Positions 48,597-64,000 are shown, numbered from the stretch's first letter. The stretch is DNA of 64,000 bases from Azolla caroliniana (GCA_043228905.1 JBHGNT010000012.1:16988001-17052000); one strand, 5' to 3'. Numbers and translations are program-made. The notes: generated from the sequence alone by a model not told the origin.

Positions 48597-49019
48597 AGAT
48601 GCACGAGATGAAGGTGGCACATGTATATTTCCTTGTCATATTTAGTATTCCATAGGAAACAAATGTACAAGACCGTATGCACAAAACCATCGTTTTTAAG
48701 CCTATGGTTTTGTGCATGCCACAAGAAAAACTGTGTAGATGCACGAGATGAAGGTGGCACATGTATATTTCCTTGTCATATTTAGTATTCCATAGGAAAC
48801 AAATGTACAAGGCTCAATATGTGATATCATCATCATCAATATAATACTCTCATTTATCTTCTTCTAATTATCTTCTCTTAAGTGTATCAATTTTCATTGT
48901 TTCCTCAAATCTTACATCCACATTGTCCTCTTCTCAATAACTTGATGGGCGTCCTCCCTGGTCCGAGACCTGGGTGGTCCCGTTCAAGCGAGCACGCACG
49001 CACACGCATCTTCGCGACA
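48597..49019 (+). mobile_element. Partial LTR of the tRNA-Trp-PBS family with an internal 75-bp duplication
   Basis: Nearly identical to 31240-31672 and ends CTTCGCGACA. The duplicated segments are 48597-48671 and 48737-48811. Confidence 0.8.
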
Positions 49020-51088
49020 ACGCACGTGCTTAGCTAACATGAGCCATAGGCATATTGTCATAGTCTCAACATAAGTCAAGCCTCCTTTGAAGAGAAGGTG
49101 GCTAGCCGCCTTACATAGGCAAAACCCCTAGGCCCTAGTGCGTTCACACTTGACTGCTTTATTTGAAGTGGTCAAGTGATAACACGCTTGATAGTTATCC
49201 CACAATGTGGAATTGAATATTACAAGTCATACCCCTCGTTCCTTTCAAAATTAACTCACACGTGCTCATCATAAGATTAGGGAAAACTACAGAAAACCTA
49301 TCTCATGATCAGTTATGGTTATGCACATAACACCTCTATAGTAATGTCTTCAAGAAATTTCATATATGATCTATAATGTAAGCAAAATTGCATCATTGCA
49401 ATATCATTTAGGCATAAAAAGGCAATGTAGGAGGTATACAATGTTTATTATCAATATCAACATTGACCTTATCCTTACCTTTTTCATTCAACATTAGGCC
49501 CATTACTTGTTCTCTTCTATGTACCTCCCTCATGTGTTCTTGTGAAATTATATGTATGTGAGAAACTGAACTAATTTTATCATGTTGAGATAAGTGAGCT
49601 CTCTAGTGTTGAGAAACTAATTATTTCTCTCATGTTGAGCTAAGTGACTTCTACATTGCCATTCTCTTTGGGTTCCACCCAATCATGTCTCACTCCTTGT
49701 AACCATATGTCTCCTCGAAGAATATAACGAGAATCCTAGAACCACCCCCTTTAATTGAAGTTGACAACAAAGACAAATGAGAAGTGATTTTATACCTGAA
49801 GCTTATGGAAACATCATAAATTTTATTGTGTTGTCAACTAGAAAGAATATTGAAGTCTTAGGCAACTCTAGAGCCCTTATAAAACCATACAAATTGCCTT
49901 GAAATCATTAATGTGTTCTATCACAAGCATCTTGAAAAGCCTTGACCCATAACTTGAAAAACTCGGGTTGTCTCAAGAAGGATTTGCTAAGGGAATGATT
50001 TTAGGGATGCTTTTAGGGGAGAAGTGTGGAAGGTTAAAGCAGGTGCAAAAGATAATGGAAGAATATGGATGGTGTCAACAAAATCAAGAAGCTCGCAACT
50101 CTTGATATACCATGTCACCCACAACAAATCAATTCAATAAATAATATCTTAGTTTTTCTTATATTTTGTCTTGTTTCTAGTTCCCTATTCTAGAACATGA
50201 GGTTGTACCTAGACCTCTAGTCTAGCCATTCTAACAAAACCACGCTAGTCATGTTATCCTTGCTAGCAACATTCCAACCAATCTAACTCAAGGAGCATTT
50301 ATTCAATAGAACACTAATTTGTAGATATATTCTCTTATAAGATGTGAAGATTCAAGAATATAGATGAGAATTTTGAGGATTCTCATACAAGGTTGCTCAC
50401 ACTAACACAAATATTAGGCTTACATTTTTTACACTTACTAGGCACTTGTTCAAGTTTATCTTTTAGCTCAATTAAAGCTCAAAATATTTTGTAAGTTGGA
50501 ATCATTTACAAAGTGATCATTTTCCAAAACCCGCCATGCATTTTGGACTACATTGGAACAGAACGTTGATTTCCACATGAATTTACCAACAAATACACCT
50601 CGACCTCATTGTATTGGGTGTTTTCCAAAATTAATAATGCAAATAGTGCCACTAGTTTCTTACCCTTCTTGCAATTTTCACTAGTCTTTAGTGTATCATG
50701 TGGACTTTTAGAATATTCCACCCTCCAATGACCTGACCCTACACAAAGGAAGCATATGTTTGCCCTCTAGCACAACCAAAGTCTCAATTGCTACCCCATA
50801 AACCAATTAGGAGTTTCGCCATTCATTCAAACAAAATGATTGATGTTTATGTATACACTTTTGTTAGCTTTCACATGGATGGAAAACAATCATTTATAAA
50901 GGTTTTGATGTACAACCAAGCTCTAGGCAAGGACATTAAGTAATGGTTAAGTTACAAAAAGCATTCATTCCCCAGACAAGGGAACATGTATCACAACATG
51001 GTCGGCGAAGGTGCATAGACAATCTATAACTTGACACATCTCACTCTTCTTTTTGAAAATGGGGTTATATAAAAATGCCCCAATCTCA

Positions 51089-54000
51089 TCACAACCTTGA
51101 GAAATCCAATGAGTTCCCGTCTCGCATCATCTCACTTCGTCCATTCGAATGCGTGGCTAAGCATGTATGCTCGCTCACGCTACCCTCAACAGGAGGTTTT
51201 TTGCATTGCTTTGGCCGTAACGGGCCCGAGAAGTTATACCTCCTAAACCTCGTGAAATCGCGAGGCGATATGGAAGCCGGAAACGAATGCCGACCCTCAT
51301 GCTCACCATGGCTGGCACCAGAGTCATAATCCAAAGATATGAATGAGGTATCATGGTCCTCATCCTCGAGGTAATCCTCGTTGCTTTCTCGTGAATTGTC
51401 TTGCATAACATCCCGATGATGAAGAGATGGCCATCGGTGTTCATCACGGATGTCACCATTAGCAAACGAAGCCTCGCAACCTTGACTACAATCGCTAGAT
51501 TCGGTTTCATTCTTCATGTCACAACAACAATCATTGTAGACGAGTTTCAAGGCCTGTACGACTTCACCCATGAAAGGGCGGTGTGAAACCTCGGGCTCGA
51601 CACACATCAAGGCTATGGCGGCAACCCGAGCAAGGTTGTCGAACGGGAAAGTTTTGTGAAGCGAGGGATCGACGAGCACTTTTAAGCCTTCTTCGCTTGT
51701 AAGGAGCGGGCGAGCCCATGTCACGAGGTTCTCTTGGCCTGACATTCGAGACATGTCCACGGGTTTCCTCCCGGATAGAAGCTCCAGCAACACAACCCCA
51801 TAGCTATACACATCACTCTTCACCAGTAAATGCCCTGTCATTGCATATTCTGGGGCCACATACCTACCATTAAAAAAAGTAAACAAACAAAATCATAAGT
51901 TTTGTACAAAATGCCCATTACCTAACAACATAGCTCATCAAAGTAGAGTATGTCATATCATTATACTATGGTAATCCCTCACCATTAACCCTAATTGCCT
52001 CACTATGTTCTTGTAATGAGACCAATCTGAATTCTAATTGCTTCACTAATGTTCTTCTCATGACATATAAACTAATCACAGACCACACACACACACACAT
52101 CTTATATATATCTAAAATATGTATGTGTTTGTTTTTTACCCAAATGTTCCCATCACTCTGGTGGACAGGTGCCCACTTGCTTCATCTGGAGCAACTTTTG
52201 CCAAACCAAAATCTGAGACCTTGGGGTGGAAATCATTTTCCAATAGTATGTTTGCTGCCTTAAAGTCGCGATGGATAACACGAGGATTCGAATCTTCATG
52301 AAGATATGCCAAACCCCTCGCCGAGCCTAGAGCTATTTTCATCCTTGTTTCCCAACTTAACATGGACTTGTGTTTATCCAAACCTGAAAACCATACCAAT
52401 TTCAATTTTTTTGTTAGCTTTTTCCCTCTTAACCAGTGATAGCTACATTGTTTGTTTAGATCCCTGCTCTCTTTAGTAAAGTACACTTAACTTTACTAAA
52501 ATTGCACAAAGCAAGAGACACAATTACAAGACATACCATGAAGGTGAGATTCAACACTGCCATTGGGGACAAGTTCATAGATCAAGCAACGTGTGTGTTC
52601 TTCTGTGCAAATACCAATCAGTTTCACAAGGTTGCGGTGATGGAGACGGCTCAACATTTCCACTTCAGCTACGAACTCTCGCCCCCCTTGTTGATCATCC
52701 CTCCTTGTTAGCATTTTGACAGCCACTTTTGTGCCATCATCCAAAACACCCGAGAAAACGCGGCCGAATCCACCCTCTCCGATAACATTCTCGGCCCGGA
52801 AATGATTGGTAGCTCTCTTGATTTCCACATAGCCGAATGACCTCACTGTGCTTCCATATGCACCCATACTTGAGTTGAATGACAAAGAAATCGAGCTATA
52901 AAGATCACTGGATAAAGAAGATCGGCAACCTATACACACGAAAAGTACCTGTTGTCAGATACAAAGGAAAACTATATATTGCTATACATCAAAACATACA
53001 AAGTTCATAGAGACCACAATAAGTGTGCCTAACAATATGAAAATGTATAACTATTACAAATATCATATAAGAATCTCTAAATGCTATGCACACAAGAAGT
53101 CAATTAGGGAGGATTCTATAATATGTTAGATACACTAGGAATAATCATCTGCTCTGTATATATAGATCCTCAGGTATGATAATAATAACATTATCTGCAC
53201 AATACCTGATCGTTTGGTTTTAACCAAGCTTCTTTGGAATTCATTTGTTTTTGCTATGTTTTGTTGACATTCGGAAGCCAACACATTATTAGTGTGTGGG
53301 GTACACTTCAGTGCTACGATCCAAGCAGCTCCAATGCACATCACCAAGATGATGACAGCAGATGATGTAATAGCAGCAATAACACTAATTCTTAGCTTCT
53401 TTCTGTGACCTTCATGATTAGTCACATCAACTCCTAATGGGTGCTCAATTCCAGTAGACATAACAGTATTTGGTGGTGAAGGTGGGAGACCTGAAAATTT
53501 TTACTTCCTTGGTTTGAGACTTGAGAAATTCCAAAAAAACAAACAAGTAAAGGGAACAACAAGTTCACAAAATAAATGCATACCTGGATAATGCACGTAC
53601 ACCACGCTGTAATTACCGAAAAGGGTTGTGTTGAGAATCACTTCATGGTTCCAAAGTCTCTGGTAAATTAGAAATGCAGTTATGTTGTCAAAATCCTGAT
53701 CCAAAGGCAGAAGATTCGCATCAACAACCGAGCCATCTCGGTTTTGCTCTGCGGCATTGGCACCTACAATTTCAACTTGGCTCGGTGTGAGCACAACACC
53801 CTCTGCAAGCTCTGCTGCAAGCACTGATATCAGCGGGAATAATGCATAGAGTGGTACATTGAGCTCGAGCTCCACTTGCACCGGTCGTACACAACCACAA
53901 GGCGATGAAAACACTGCCTTGATAAGTGGGGACTTACAAACGAGACTGCTACAATCTGCAATTGCAAAAATGACCACGGTAAGATAGATGTAGATGGGGC

Positions 54001-56163
54001 AAATTTCTCAAAGTTCGGTATAGCAGAAAGGCCACAGGATCACTGAAACTATTGTGCATGTTTCAGTATATAGATAGATAGATAGATAGATAGATATTTT
54101 TAGTGCCCATTCCATAGAGAGGCCAATATTGACCCATAGGACCTAAGTACAAAATTTATCTGGATGTGTGTCTCCTTTGTCCAAAAGGATCCTGTGAAAA
54201 CCTCTTATAAGAAATGGGCTCAACCTGGACACTTCTCCAAGTAAGAAGGGATATTCATACTTTGAAGCACCAAGTCTCCATATGTGAATTCAAAGGCATA
54301 CACATATGAGCTCAACCTTCTAGGTGTTCTCTTTAGTGTGATACTGCAGTCATCACCCCTTCTTAATATATCATCATAGCTTTCACGAATTGCACTATAT
54401 GCAGAGCATGTAAAAAGCAAGTGATGTGTGGAGCATGTAGAGTAAGAGGGATAGGGAGATGGAGAATCAATCAAACTCACCAGAAGGTGAACCGACAACA
54501 TTGCTAGGTGATGTTGGCTCTTCTGCTGGCACTTGGGGAGTCCTATGCTGTATATGATGATGGTTTGAGAAGTTATGCCGTCTCTTTAGTTCCAATGGAG
54601 CAGGCACAGGTGCAGGGGATGTCAGAACCTTGGTCTTGGAGCTTCGGGGAGCTAGTGCATCTTTTACACGGCCATGGTTTTTTCGCAATGAGGGCACAGG
54701 AGCATGATAAGGGCTATGGTGAGGGCTCAAGTTATTGGGTGGACTCGGAGTTCTCGGGAGTGAATGACGCCTTGGGGATGCCTTTGGTGAAGGCGCAGAG
54801 ATCATGGTGGTGGATAAGCTTGCAAGTGACCTATACGAGGATGCGACAAAAAAGAAGCTCAACGGAGACTTGCGTAGGATCTGTAATGATGCAAGAGACC
54901 ATTGATAAGATGGGCTCTGCTCCTGTCTTTTGGAACCACAATGACAAAGAGTATCTTCAGGCGAACTCAACGATACGGGTGCTTCCGAAACCCAATTTCC
55001 CATGGAGCCACTTGGTAGATGGGTAAGCCTTTCCATATCCACATTTTCTTCAACACATTGGCAACCAGAGCCCCCAGACCCATCTTCCGGTCCTTCTGCA
55101 TATATATATATATATATGAATCTTCTTAACTTAGTAAAAGCTTTAAAGAAAGAACAAAGAAAAGGAGCCTCAATTCACACTTAACCAAGCTCAATGAAAA
55201 TGCAAAATCAAGCCACACCCACAACCACTTTGATTAAAACAGTTCCATTGTAGTAGGAGGAATTATTTGCAATAAAATCTTGCTGCAATACCTACACCAA
55301 AAAGAGGAATAGCTAGGTTCTTTGAAATGCAGGCTAAGGTCATTTCCACATAAAACTGAAGATTCAATTTCAGAGTGGAAGAGCGAATCGCCCTCTTTTC
55401 ATGTGAGTTGTTCAATGTCCTTCTAATTCTTGCATATGGTAGGGCCCCTTTCTGATCAGATTATGATGGATAGCTTTACTTGAGAAGATGCTGATTTTCA
55501 TGTTTCATTGGCCATATATTTCCTCTATCTAGCTTTTGTGTTGACATTAGCAGGTAGATGTTGAGTGGCCTAATCATGCCATTTCGTTTGTTGATCTTGT
55601 ATATGAGCCGGCATTTTCAGTTTCAATCTCTTTTTAAGTTTCAATCTCTTGAGCCGGGACTCAATTGAGCGCCATTTCCGGCCTCTGAGAGAAGTAAATC
55701 CTTTCTTTTCTAACTCGGTTTTCTGAAGAAACTAAGAGCCCATCAAGGGAAATACAGAGCTTCAGATCAAGGTAATGCTCTAAATTTGAACCTAAATCGA
55801 AGCCATCTGTCAGGAAAGTTATTGGAATTGAACAGAGCTGGGCAGATCTCACAATCAAAATGGAGACATAGAATTAACATGAAATAAACAGAGAAAGATA
55901 TTATCTTGAATTTCTAAATGCAAAAAGCCCAACCTCTCACCTCACGAAAAAGCAGGGTAGCCAAACTGTAGAAGAAATTATCTAGTGGCCAAAGAAACAG
56001 AGACTAAAAGAAAAGAACAGGCGTGGAGAGTAGCAATTAGGGTTTCTCTGTTTGAAAGGGGGGGAGGGAGAGGAAGAAACATACCTTCATTATTTCCATG
56101 GGAAGAAACCCAGCTCACTAAAGCAAGCAACAGAACCAGAAGGAGGAGGCCTTTCTGTGCCAT
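51089..56163 (-). CDS. ALE2: ALE2-like receptor-like Ser/Thr kinase; exons 56163-56085, 55095-54481, 53955-53584, 53490-53206, 52929-52537, 52383-52140, 51863-51089
   Basis: Signal peptide [18 protein letters not shown], a Pro/Ser-rich region, then [23 protein letters not shown] and HPLGVDV before a TM helix. Kinase motifs are [27 protein letters not shown] and GTFGYVAPEY. All introns are GT-AG and phase-consistent. Confidence 0.9.
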
Positions 56164-56785
56164 TGTCACCAAAAATCTCTCTCGGAAATGGGGGAGGAGC
56201 TAATCAGAAGAGAAGCTCATGAGAACTTCTGAATCTCTATTTTTATTATCTCTTCTCACTGCAGCACTGCATTCCTTGATTTCTCTCAGAGTTCTTAAAC
56301 TCCTCCCTGTCTTTTTTAGCCTCCCCTGTTTTCTGGGTTCTGATGAGAGACCATATATAATAGGAGAATTTGCAGGAGGCACTGTATGCCCATTCCTCTA
56401 TACCTGCATTGGGTCCCAAACCCTAATTTCTTTTTTTCTGTGCTCAAGAGACAACATACAACACACACACACACACACACACACAGACCACTCACACAGA
56501 TTCAAGGAAGAAAGCAAAAATGGAGGAGGAAATTAGGGACCCAAAAACAAAACAAAAATAATAATACAGGAGAATCTTGATCAGATGTAAGCTATTCTCT
56601 GTTTCCTTTTTCTCTTTCTCTGATCTCTTTCTCTTTCTCTGATCTGATCTGATCTTGATGATGATGATGATTTTGAGCTTTTACCATAGCTTATATTTTT
56701 GTCATTGCTTTTTGTGTTGGTGAAGGAAATTGCATTTTTTTATTTTTTTTTGAGTTCTTTTTTTTTTTTTTTTTGCTCTTTTTAA

Positions 56786-57020
56786 GTAATAATTAGGTTT
56801 TGAAGTGCAACAATAATATTTATTTATTTATTTAATAATTAGGTTTTGAAATGCAACAATAATATTTATTTATTTATTTAATAATTAGGTTTTGAAATGC
56901 AACAATAATATATTTATTTAAGTAATAATTAAGTTTTGAAATGCAACAATAATATATTTATTTATTTATTTAAGTAGTAATTAGGTTTTGAAATGCAACA
57001 ATAATATATATTTATATATT
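56786..57020. repeat. AT-rich minisatellite (about 42-50 bp, 5 copies) upstream of the kinase gene
   Basis: taataattaggttttgaaatgcaacaataatatttattta repeated with variable (ttta)n. Confidence 0.85.
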
Positions 57021-60000
57021 TATATATATATATTTGGGGGGGGGGGGGGGGAGGAAGTTGGCCTACTTCACTTCACTTCACTTCATTTCTCTTCTTCCTT
57101 TTTGGCTTTTGCTTTTTTTTGTAAAAAAACAATACAAAAGAAAAGAAAAAGACAAAAAAAAAAAAAAAAAAAACATTTGCCTTTTTCCCTGATTGCTTGC
57201 TTCTTCTTTTTTGTGACTGGCCTCTCCTCATGATCTCAAGTTGAGCACACACACCCCCAGCTCTCACCTCAACTCAACTCTAACTCTTCAGCTCACTCTC
57301 TCTCTCAAAGGCACCCCACACTCTCTCTTCATTCTGGTGATCGCATCGCAATCCACTCCAGAAGAGTGTGTGCGTGGATGGATACATTATCGAAGTCTGG
57401 ACAATGATCGAAGCGTTTTTTTTGTTTGGGGGGAAGAGGGGTTATAGTGAGCAGTGGGTTCTCCTGGAACACGATTTCATATGGACCTTTTCCATCACCC
57501 TGTGCTCTCTTACTAACCCTCCTGGACTGCTCGAGCTCCGTTTTTCCATCACAACTTGGGATCATAGATCCCATAGCTCTTTGTGGAACATTGCACATGT
57601 TGACCAAGTGTGAATGTTGGCTACAATCTGAATATTGATTACAACACATTTTGTTGTCGGGTCCCGTCTTCGTCAACCTTGACCTCAGCATCACGTAGTT
57701 TTTTTCTTTGTTGCCTTTGCCTTAGATCAATGCTTCCTGTTTTGTCTTTAATTATATTAATTGAGACTCGTCCTCCTCGAGCTTGGCATCATCCATAGGT
57801 TAATTTTCTTTTGTCTGCTTTCATGGAACAAATCTTATGAAGTTGTCTTTGGTGACCTTGACCACACGTTAATGGTCGCTTGTGGAGGGACCTTCAACCC
57901 TGATTCACCACTCAATCATGCAATTTACCAATGCATGGTCTGGCAATTGTACTTGTCTATGCATCCACGCTTGGGTTGTCCACCCATGGACATCGGGAGA
58001 TGATGACAATGATGGCAATCATGACGAGGGACAAAAAAACACATAATCCAACCAAAATGTATCGCATCATGCATGCATGCGCATATATATGCCTAAGTGA
58101 ATACATGTATGCAATGTATGTATCCAAAACTGCACGTGGTCAACACGTGCTATACATATATTATATGTTATATGTTATATTCATATTTGTAGATTTGTGA
58201 AGCAAACATCTCTTCTCCATGTGTGTTTGTGTGCGTGAAAGAAAGAGATTACGTGTGATCATCAACTTTAAAAGATTGCTTATTACCCCCATTTAGCTTG
58301 TCTTCAATCCCTTTTTATAAAACAAATTGCTCAAGTCTCTATGTACAAGTGAGAGAACAGAAAAGCAAGATAAAAAAACAAGATGTAATAAATCTCCCTT
58401 TACAATGCGAAAGTACCCCTCGTGTTCATTTACACTACGGCTTTTGCTCGCTCATTGTGGATAATATAGCTTTATTTTATTTGTTAGTATTGCCTCCTGA
58501 TGGGCATTGCCATCATTTCGCTCTTTTTTCATTTGGAGATCGTGTCACTATTGTAAAATCAAAATAATTGGCAGTCCTATTTGTTAGTATCTTATTTGAA
58601 AGGCGATGTTACTTGATTGTCTCCACTCTTCGTACGTGGAGGGTGTGTCAAACTTGAAAAGTGAGAGAAAATGGTAGCATGTATGATTGAAAATTAAAGA
58701 ATAAAAAGGTTTTGTAATAAACGTAATCTCAATATTATGCTTGGGCCTTTTAAAATCGTTCGAAACATATGAACAATCATTTGTGGGACATCTTAAACAC
58801 TTATAAATTTATACAGGTGATGCTTGCACATTGTGATTGAGCACATAACATCTTCTGTTTGTCATGATTTGTAGCTCTAAAGATAGTGTTATTGGTGACC
58901 ACCTTTTGTGGAGTTTGCTCAGTGTTAACGACAAACGCAAGGGAAACGCTAAAAAATGCCTAAGCTTACAAACACACTCATGAAAAACAACAAATATGCA
59001 TGTGCATGCTCACCCATAAATGATGCAAAAACCCATGATAGAGCCAATATTACTAATCAACCATGAAGCTTCTACAGTTCTTCCACATACCTATCTAGTT
59101 GAGTGGTCATTTAACATTATGGATCACAAAGAATAACATCTACTGAAAATATGACATGGAATTTTTTGAGACAAGTTGTCTGTTTCCTTTTAAACTGCAA
59201 AAGTAGCTTTAGTGTCTTGAATCTATCAACATTACCCTTCATGAGATTATTCTTGTTATGTTTTTATTAACTTATATTCAACATAAGGCTTCCAAATAGG
59301 TCAATTACCACTCGAGATTGCATCAAGAGACGGTGATGTAAACTATTTTTGTGAAGCGCACATGTAACCACTGATAGTTTAATGAATTTTATTAGTCCCA
59401 AGTTCGATATTTTCAAATTTGTAACTCTGTTGTTTTGAATTGAGAGATTTATACAAGCCAATTGTGAAATTTCCCACACATACATTTATATAATGTCCCT
59501 GGGATCAATATACAAGTTCAAAAGTATATAAATTTTTCTCGTGAATCCTTTATGAGTGTCATGTGCATATCACAATCACAGATATCCTACGTTTATTATA
59601 TTAATCTTAAAAGTATTTCGGTTCACATGTCTATTCCATCTAAAAATGGAGATACTCCAAACTTCTTGTTTGAGATGCATGCGCAGCTTGGGTTATGGTA
59701 AAGTTCACGTTTGATAAATTTAAGTGCCAACTCATGTAGCATAATTAGGTACACTTCATGCTCACGTAAAGTGCTCATGTGCTTGATTGTGATTCTAACG
59801 CCACGAACACTCAACATCCCACCTTTTGCTAGACATTTTCCATGCCCCAAAGGTATTGTACCAATTACGCCATTGTCCAAATGCATATTTCTTGATGTTC
59901 TAGTGACATGCCGTATGTGTGGAATTCAATCCAAGCATATTTGTTAATAAGCTCCATTGAAGCAACACAAATAAAGACAGGTGCTTTTTGTAATTATTAT

Positions 60001-60703
60001 TGGCTTGCTTGATGTCTATACAATAAGATGCTAAACCTTTTTGGGCCTTGACAATGCTCATATGGATAGTGTCACTAGGCAATTTAATTATCTTTATTGA
60101 AGAAAAAAAGAAATATCTTGTGTGTGTGTGTGTGCATGTACAAACTAAAGGGTCCACTCAAAGGGGGTGGGTTGGTTTCACCATCCAAACATCAATTAGT
60201 TACATGGCCTCCCACAGTTTGTACCATTGACCAAGACCCGAAACAGGATCCCCTCATGACTATTGCAATGACAGTGGGTTGATGAACGACCACGGTCCCA
60301 AACAATCACACGTGGATCTTGCTCTCGCATGCTCTTGGGTCGGTATTCGAGGGCCAAAGATCTTGTAGCACGAATTTGGATGCACAACTTATAGTGACAA
60401 AGGTCAACTACGCTAAATCAATCAATACACATTTTGTATAATTCCTTGATTGACCTCAATGTAATGATTTCGGACATTTATTGATTTGATTATTATCTTT
60501 TTCTTTAAGTGATATTTTCCTTCATTAATAATCTACTAGGTCCATTTCTTGCATGAAAAGAAAAGAATATATCTAATACATGTGTGTGTCTATATATGTA
60601 CACATAGCACTTAAAATTCTTGCTATGCAAGTGTGTGTGTGCGTGTTACCTTTCTTTTGCCTAGGTGGTGGGCATGGGACACTCGAGCAACATCAAGATC
60701 AAT

Positions 60704-60999
60704 TGAACGAACAAATAACATTATTGATAATAACCATTAAGCAAAAACTATGCACTAACATCTCCCAACCAGAATACGTGTTCATGTGGGGATGAAAATA
60801 AATGGATTATACATTCTAGATTCTCCTTTTACAACCTAGGGATTTTTCCCAATCAAATGAACGAACAAATAACATTGTTGATGATGACCATTAAGCAACA
60901 ATTATTCACTAACACCTTCCAACCAATATACATGTTCTTGTGGGTATGAAAATAAATAAAGTATACATTCTAGATTCTCCTTTTACAACCTAGGGATTT
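60704..60999. repeat. Diverged ~154-bp tandem duplication
   Basis: tgaacgaacaaataacatt...tatacattctagattctccttttacaacctagggattt at about 60704 and 60858. Confidence 0.8.
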
Positions 61000-63900
61000 A
61001 TCTCAAATAACTACAAGAGTTTAGATTAATCACAACACAATACGGTAGAGGCCAACAATGTATAATACGATGAATTTTTTGTTGATTGCATATGTATAAT
61101 CTCTCTATGTTAGTTAACAATCTCCCTTTGTTCTAACCTTTGTGATTGGATAGAAGTTTGTAAGTTATCCTAAGACATTGATATCAAAAGAGTTGTTGTC
61201 TTTATGTTCAATAAGGAAGATATCCACTCATGTAATCGAGTTTTTATAAATCGGTCTCAGTTCTCTCTTGTTTGTCCTAGTGTGCAATCATTCACTTTCT
61301 CTTGTCCATTATAATCTTGCATGTTAAGCATTTTATTTTCTCTCCCCTTATGTGACCACAACACCAACTACACTAAAGGAAGTGGATTGTGAAAAAAATT
61401 CACCTCGTTTTCATTACTAAGAGATGAGTGAAATACGTCATCATCATTGTCATCATCTACTTAATTTCTGCCCTCTTTTATGAGCACACCACTAACTAAT
61501 CTGAATGAAATTCCTTGCGATAATTTCACCTTTTTGTTTCAATGGGATGTGTGAAATGCCTCATCTCATGCCATCCTTCATTGATCTTACTAGCCACATC
61601 ACAATCCTTGGTCATTTTTATCACCACTCATTTGTATTGCGTAATATTCTTTTGAGTCCTTGCCTTTTCATGCCATGTGTCTAATAACATTTTGATACAA
61701 TGCCCTTTAGCACGATGTTTGGTTATATTTTAGTATTACTTTAAAATTCAATGTCATTTGTATCGGGCAATACACCAAGTAGCTTGTTCACTATCATTAC
61801 GTCTTGGGTCAAAACAAGTAAGCAAATGAAGAAAATGATTACTATGTCTACATGTCAGATTGTGCCATATAAGCCCTTTGTCATAAACCTAGGGATTAGC
61901 AACGTGTTAGTATATTTCTTTACATTTTAATGTCACAACTCTCGACGTCATTATCTTTTTTAATTGATGTTTATCTTTTTCTTAACATTAAATGGGTTTC
62001 GTTAGTTTGCATTTTACTAAAGCAAAATACATTTTAAATGTGTTTGAAGCTCCAAATAACACTACGTTATAAGTGTATTGCTTTGATTTCATTTTTCTTA
62101 GGGACGCCTTTGTGCAACACGTTCTTATAATGTGCTTCATGAAAAGATAGTAACTCATAAAGCAATGTGGACTGAATGTCTTAGAAATAATCTTACAAGT
62201 GCTCTTCTTTTCGGTGGAAGAATGTAAGCCTTCCTTTAAACACTAAAAGTAGCTTTAATTATACAATGATTTAACACAAAAAACAGAGTACTTTTTACAT
62301 AGTGTTGATCACAATTGCAATGTTTTTATCGATTGTATATTTATGTCCATTGTGTATATGACTTTTTGAAAAACTAAAAAAACTCCAGGAGGTACTGCCA
62401 CTTACAACTACATCTATATGAGCCAATACAAGTTAACAACATCAACGTGTCTTATAACACAAGAATATGATTTTTGTATCTTACCACACCACACCAACAT
62501 CAATCACCACATAATTTAGATGATGTGAGTTACAACAATATATCTTTTGAAATCATACTGCTATACTTCCATTCATTTAACTTCACCACATGTTGTTTGT
62601 GTATCGAAAATATGGTGTCGTAATTATTACATCTAGTTGCAATGTTGCTTGAAATATTACCAAGCATTGATCCTTGGTATACATTAACAAAATCTCTATT
62701 TATACTACATATCCACACAATCATTAGTATGGTAAATCCCCAACCTAGTCATGCTATCCTTTGATTAACATCAACTTGACACACATTTCATGTTGACATG
62801 ATCACACTTTATTATGCATTGGGAGGAAACACTTATATTAAGATGTACAAAGTTTAAGAGGAAGTCTTATCAATGTTTTTGGGGATCCTTAACAAAATAC
62901 TTGAAAGCAAAGATATTGTTGTGGCCATTTAGAAACATGTGGAGATGACTAGAAAACCAGGGGAAAACAAGAGATTGTATGCTTAATGCTAAGCACGATA
63001 AAAACAACATTGTCTTTACACGTAATGTTAGAGACTAATTTCAACATTCTTACGTGACAAACTATTTGAACTTTGCAACGTTATGCGGTATGAAACTTAT
63101 GCAATTTAAGCATTAAAAAGAACACAAGAAAGTTCAAAGAAAATGTGAAGAGTAATGGTAAATCCATGTGAATGTTAGAATAGATCAAAATGTGTTGTCT
63201 TTTATTTTCTTGCAGTCTAAAGAGAGCAAATTATGAATATCAAATTCAACTTACATTATCGAGTGTTTTAGCTTCATGCTATAACATGTGATTAGCATCA
63301 TAACTACAATGATTAAAGATATAATAATTCTAATTAGAGTGTGATTAATGTTGATGTACTTAATGATAATACAATCCTACATGTGTCATGTCTCTCTCTC
63401 TCAATACATTATGCATGAAGAATGCCCCAAGATAAGAATATATGAAATGGTAAGACTCCCCTAGTGGAATAATGTAAGGTTATAAGGTTCAACTCTCCAA
63501 TAATGTGTTATATCATTAAAAAAAGTTAATGTTTTTAGCTTGAAATAATGCACTATATATGGTTTTTGTAAATTCATTGTCCATAACCCAATGGTTGAAA
63601 CTTGACAACAATACTAGCTAGTAAAAACCATAGAATTGTAAATACAAATGCCCATAATATTTGTCATTTTTGAACCATAGGGACAAAAAAACATATGTTG
63701 TTATTTCATAGGTGTGAAATGACTCTACATCGGAGATATGGCTTGAATGCATCAAAAGTAGAGTTGTGATGATAAAACAAAATGCTCACTTTTATTTATT
63801 GACCCTCTCGTTATTTCTCTTACTTTCTTGTACACAAGAGCCATGTTGAATCCTATCATTATTTCAACCATATTTAGGAATCAAAAGAAAAGCAGAGTGA

Positions 63901-64000
63901 ACCTTTAGTAGTTGGGTCATATACATCATACCATTTTGATGTGTTATTTTTTCGTAGAAAACTCATATTTACTATGTAGACCGAACTAGAAAATCTATTG

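Noticed and set aside
49400-50410. Possible small non-autonomous Copia/TRIM relic (PPT-like at about 49741-49754, decayed PBS at about 50100)
   Set aside because: I could not identify matching LTRs or a TSD.
59623-59886. ORF with HLD...GGML, superficially like a TET/JBP or 2OG-Fe(II) dioxygenase
   Set aside because: Short and degenerate, without convincing distal His/Arg motifs or flanking exons. It cannot be supported without a profile search.

Overview
This is eukaryotic, plant nuclear DNA. A non-seed land plant such as a fern is inferred from the Tcn1-like chromoviruses and intron style. Bases 1 to about 42.5 kb are a nest of LTR retrotransposons. It holds three copies of a Tcn1/Tf1-like Ty3/Gypsy chromovirus, one of them complete and very young (32312-38086, TSD CCAGG). 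It also holds several Ty1/Copia elements, degenerate Gypsy relics, solo LTRs, tandem duplications and a short plastid-type 23S rRNA fragment. The standout locus is at 42.8-47.4 kb. A five-exon, spliced, now pseudogenised gene there encodes a ParB/Srx-like domain fused to a prokaryotic-type beta-class N4/N6 DNA amino-methyltransferase. It lies head-to-head with a truncated transposase-like gene, which suggests a plant DNA transposon carrying its own DNA methylase. An intact seven-exon ALE2-like receptor kinase gene lies at 51089-56163 (-), followed by AT-rich intergenic DNA. The chromovirus copies also show covarying self-priming signals, a conserved G_UUA_AAC frameshift site with a stem-loop or pseudoknot, and antisense tRNA-like A/B boxes in their LTRs. 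All analysis was done by eye, with no database searches.
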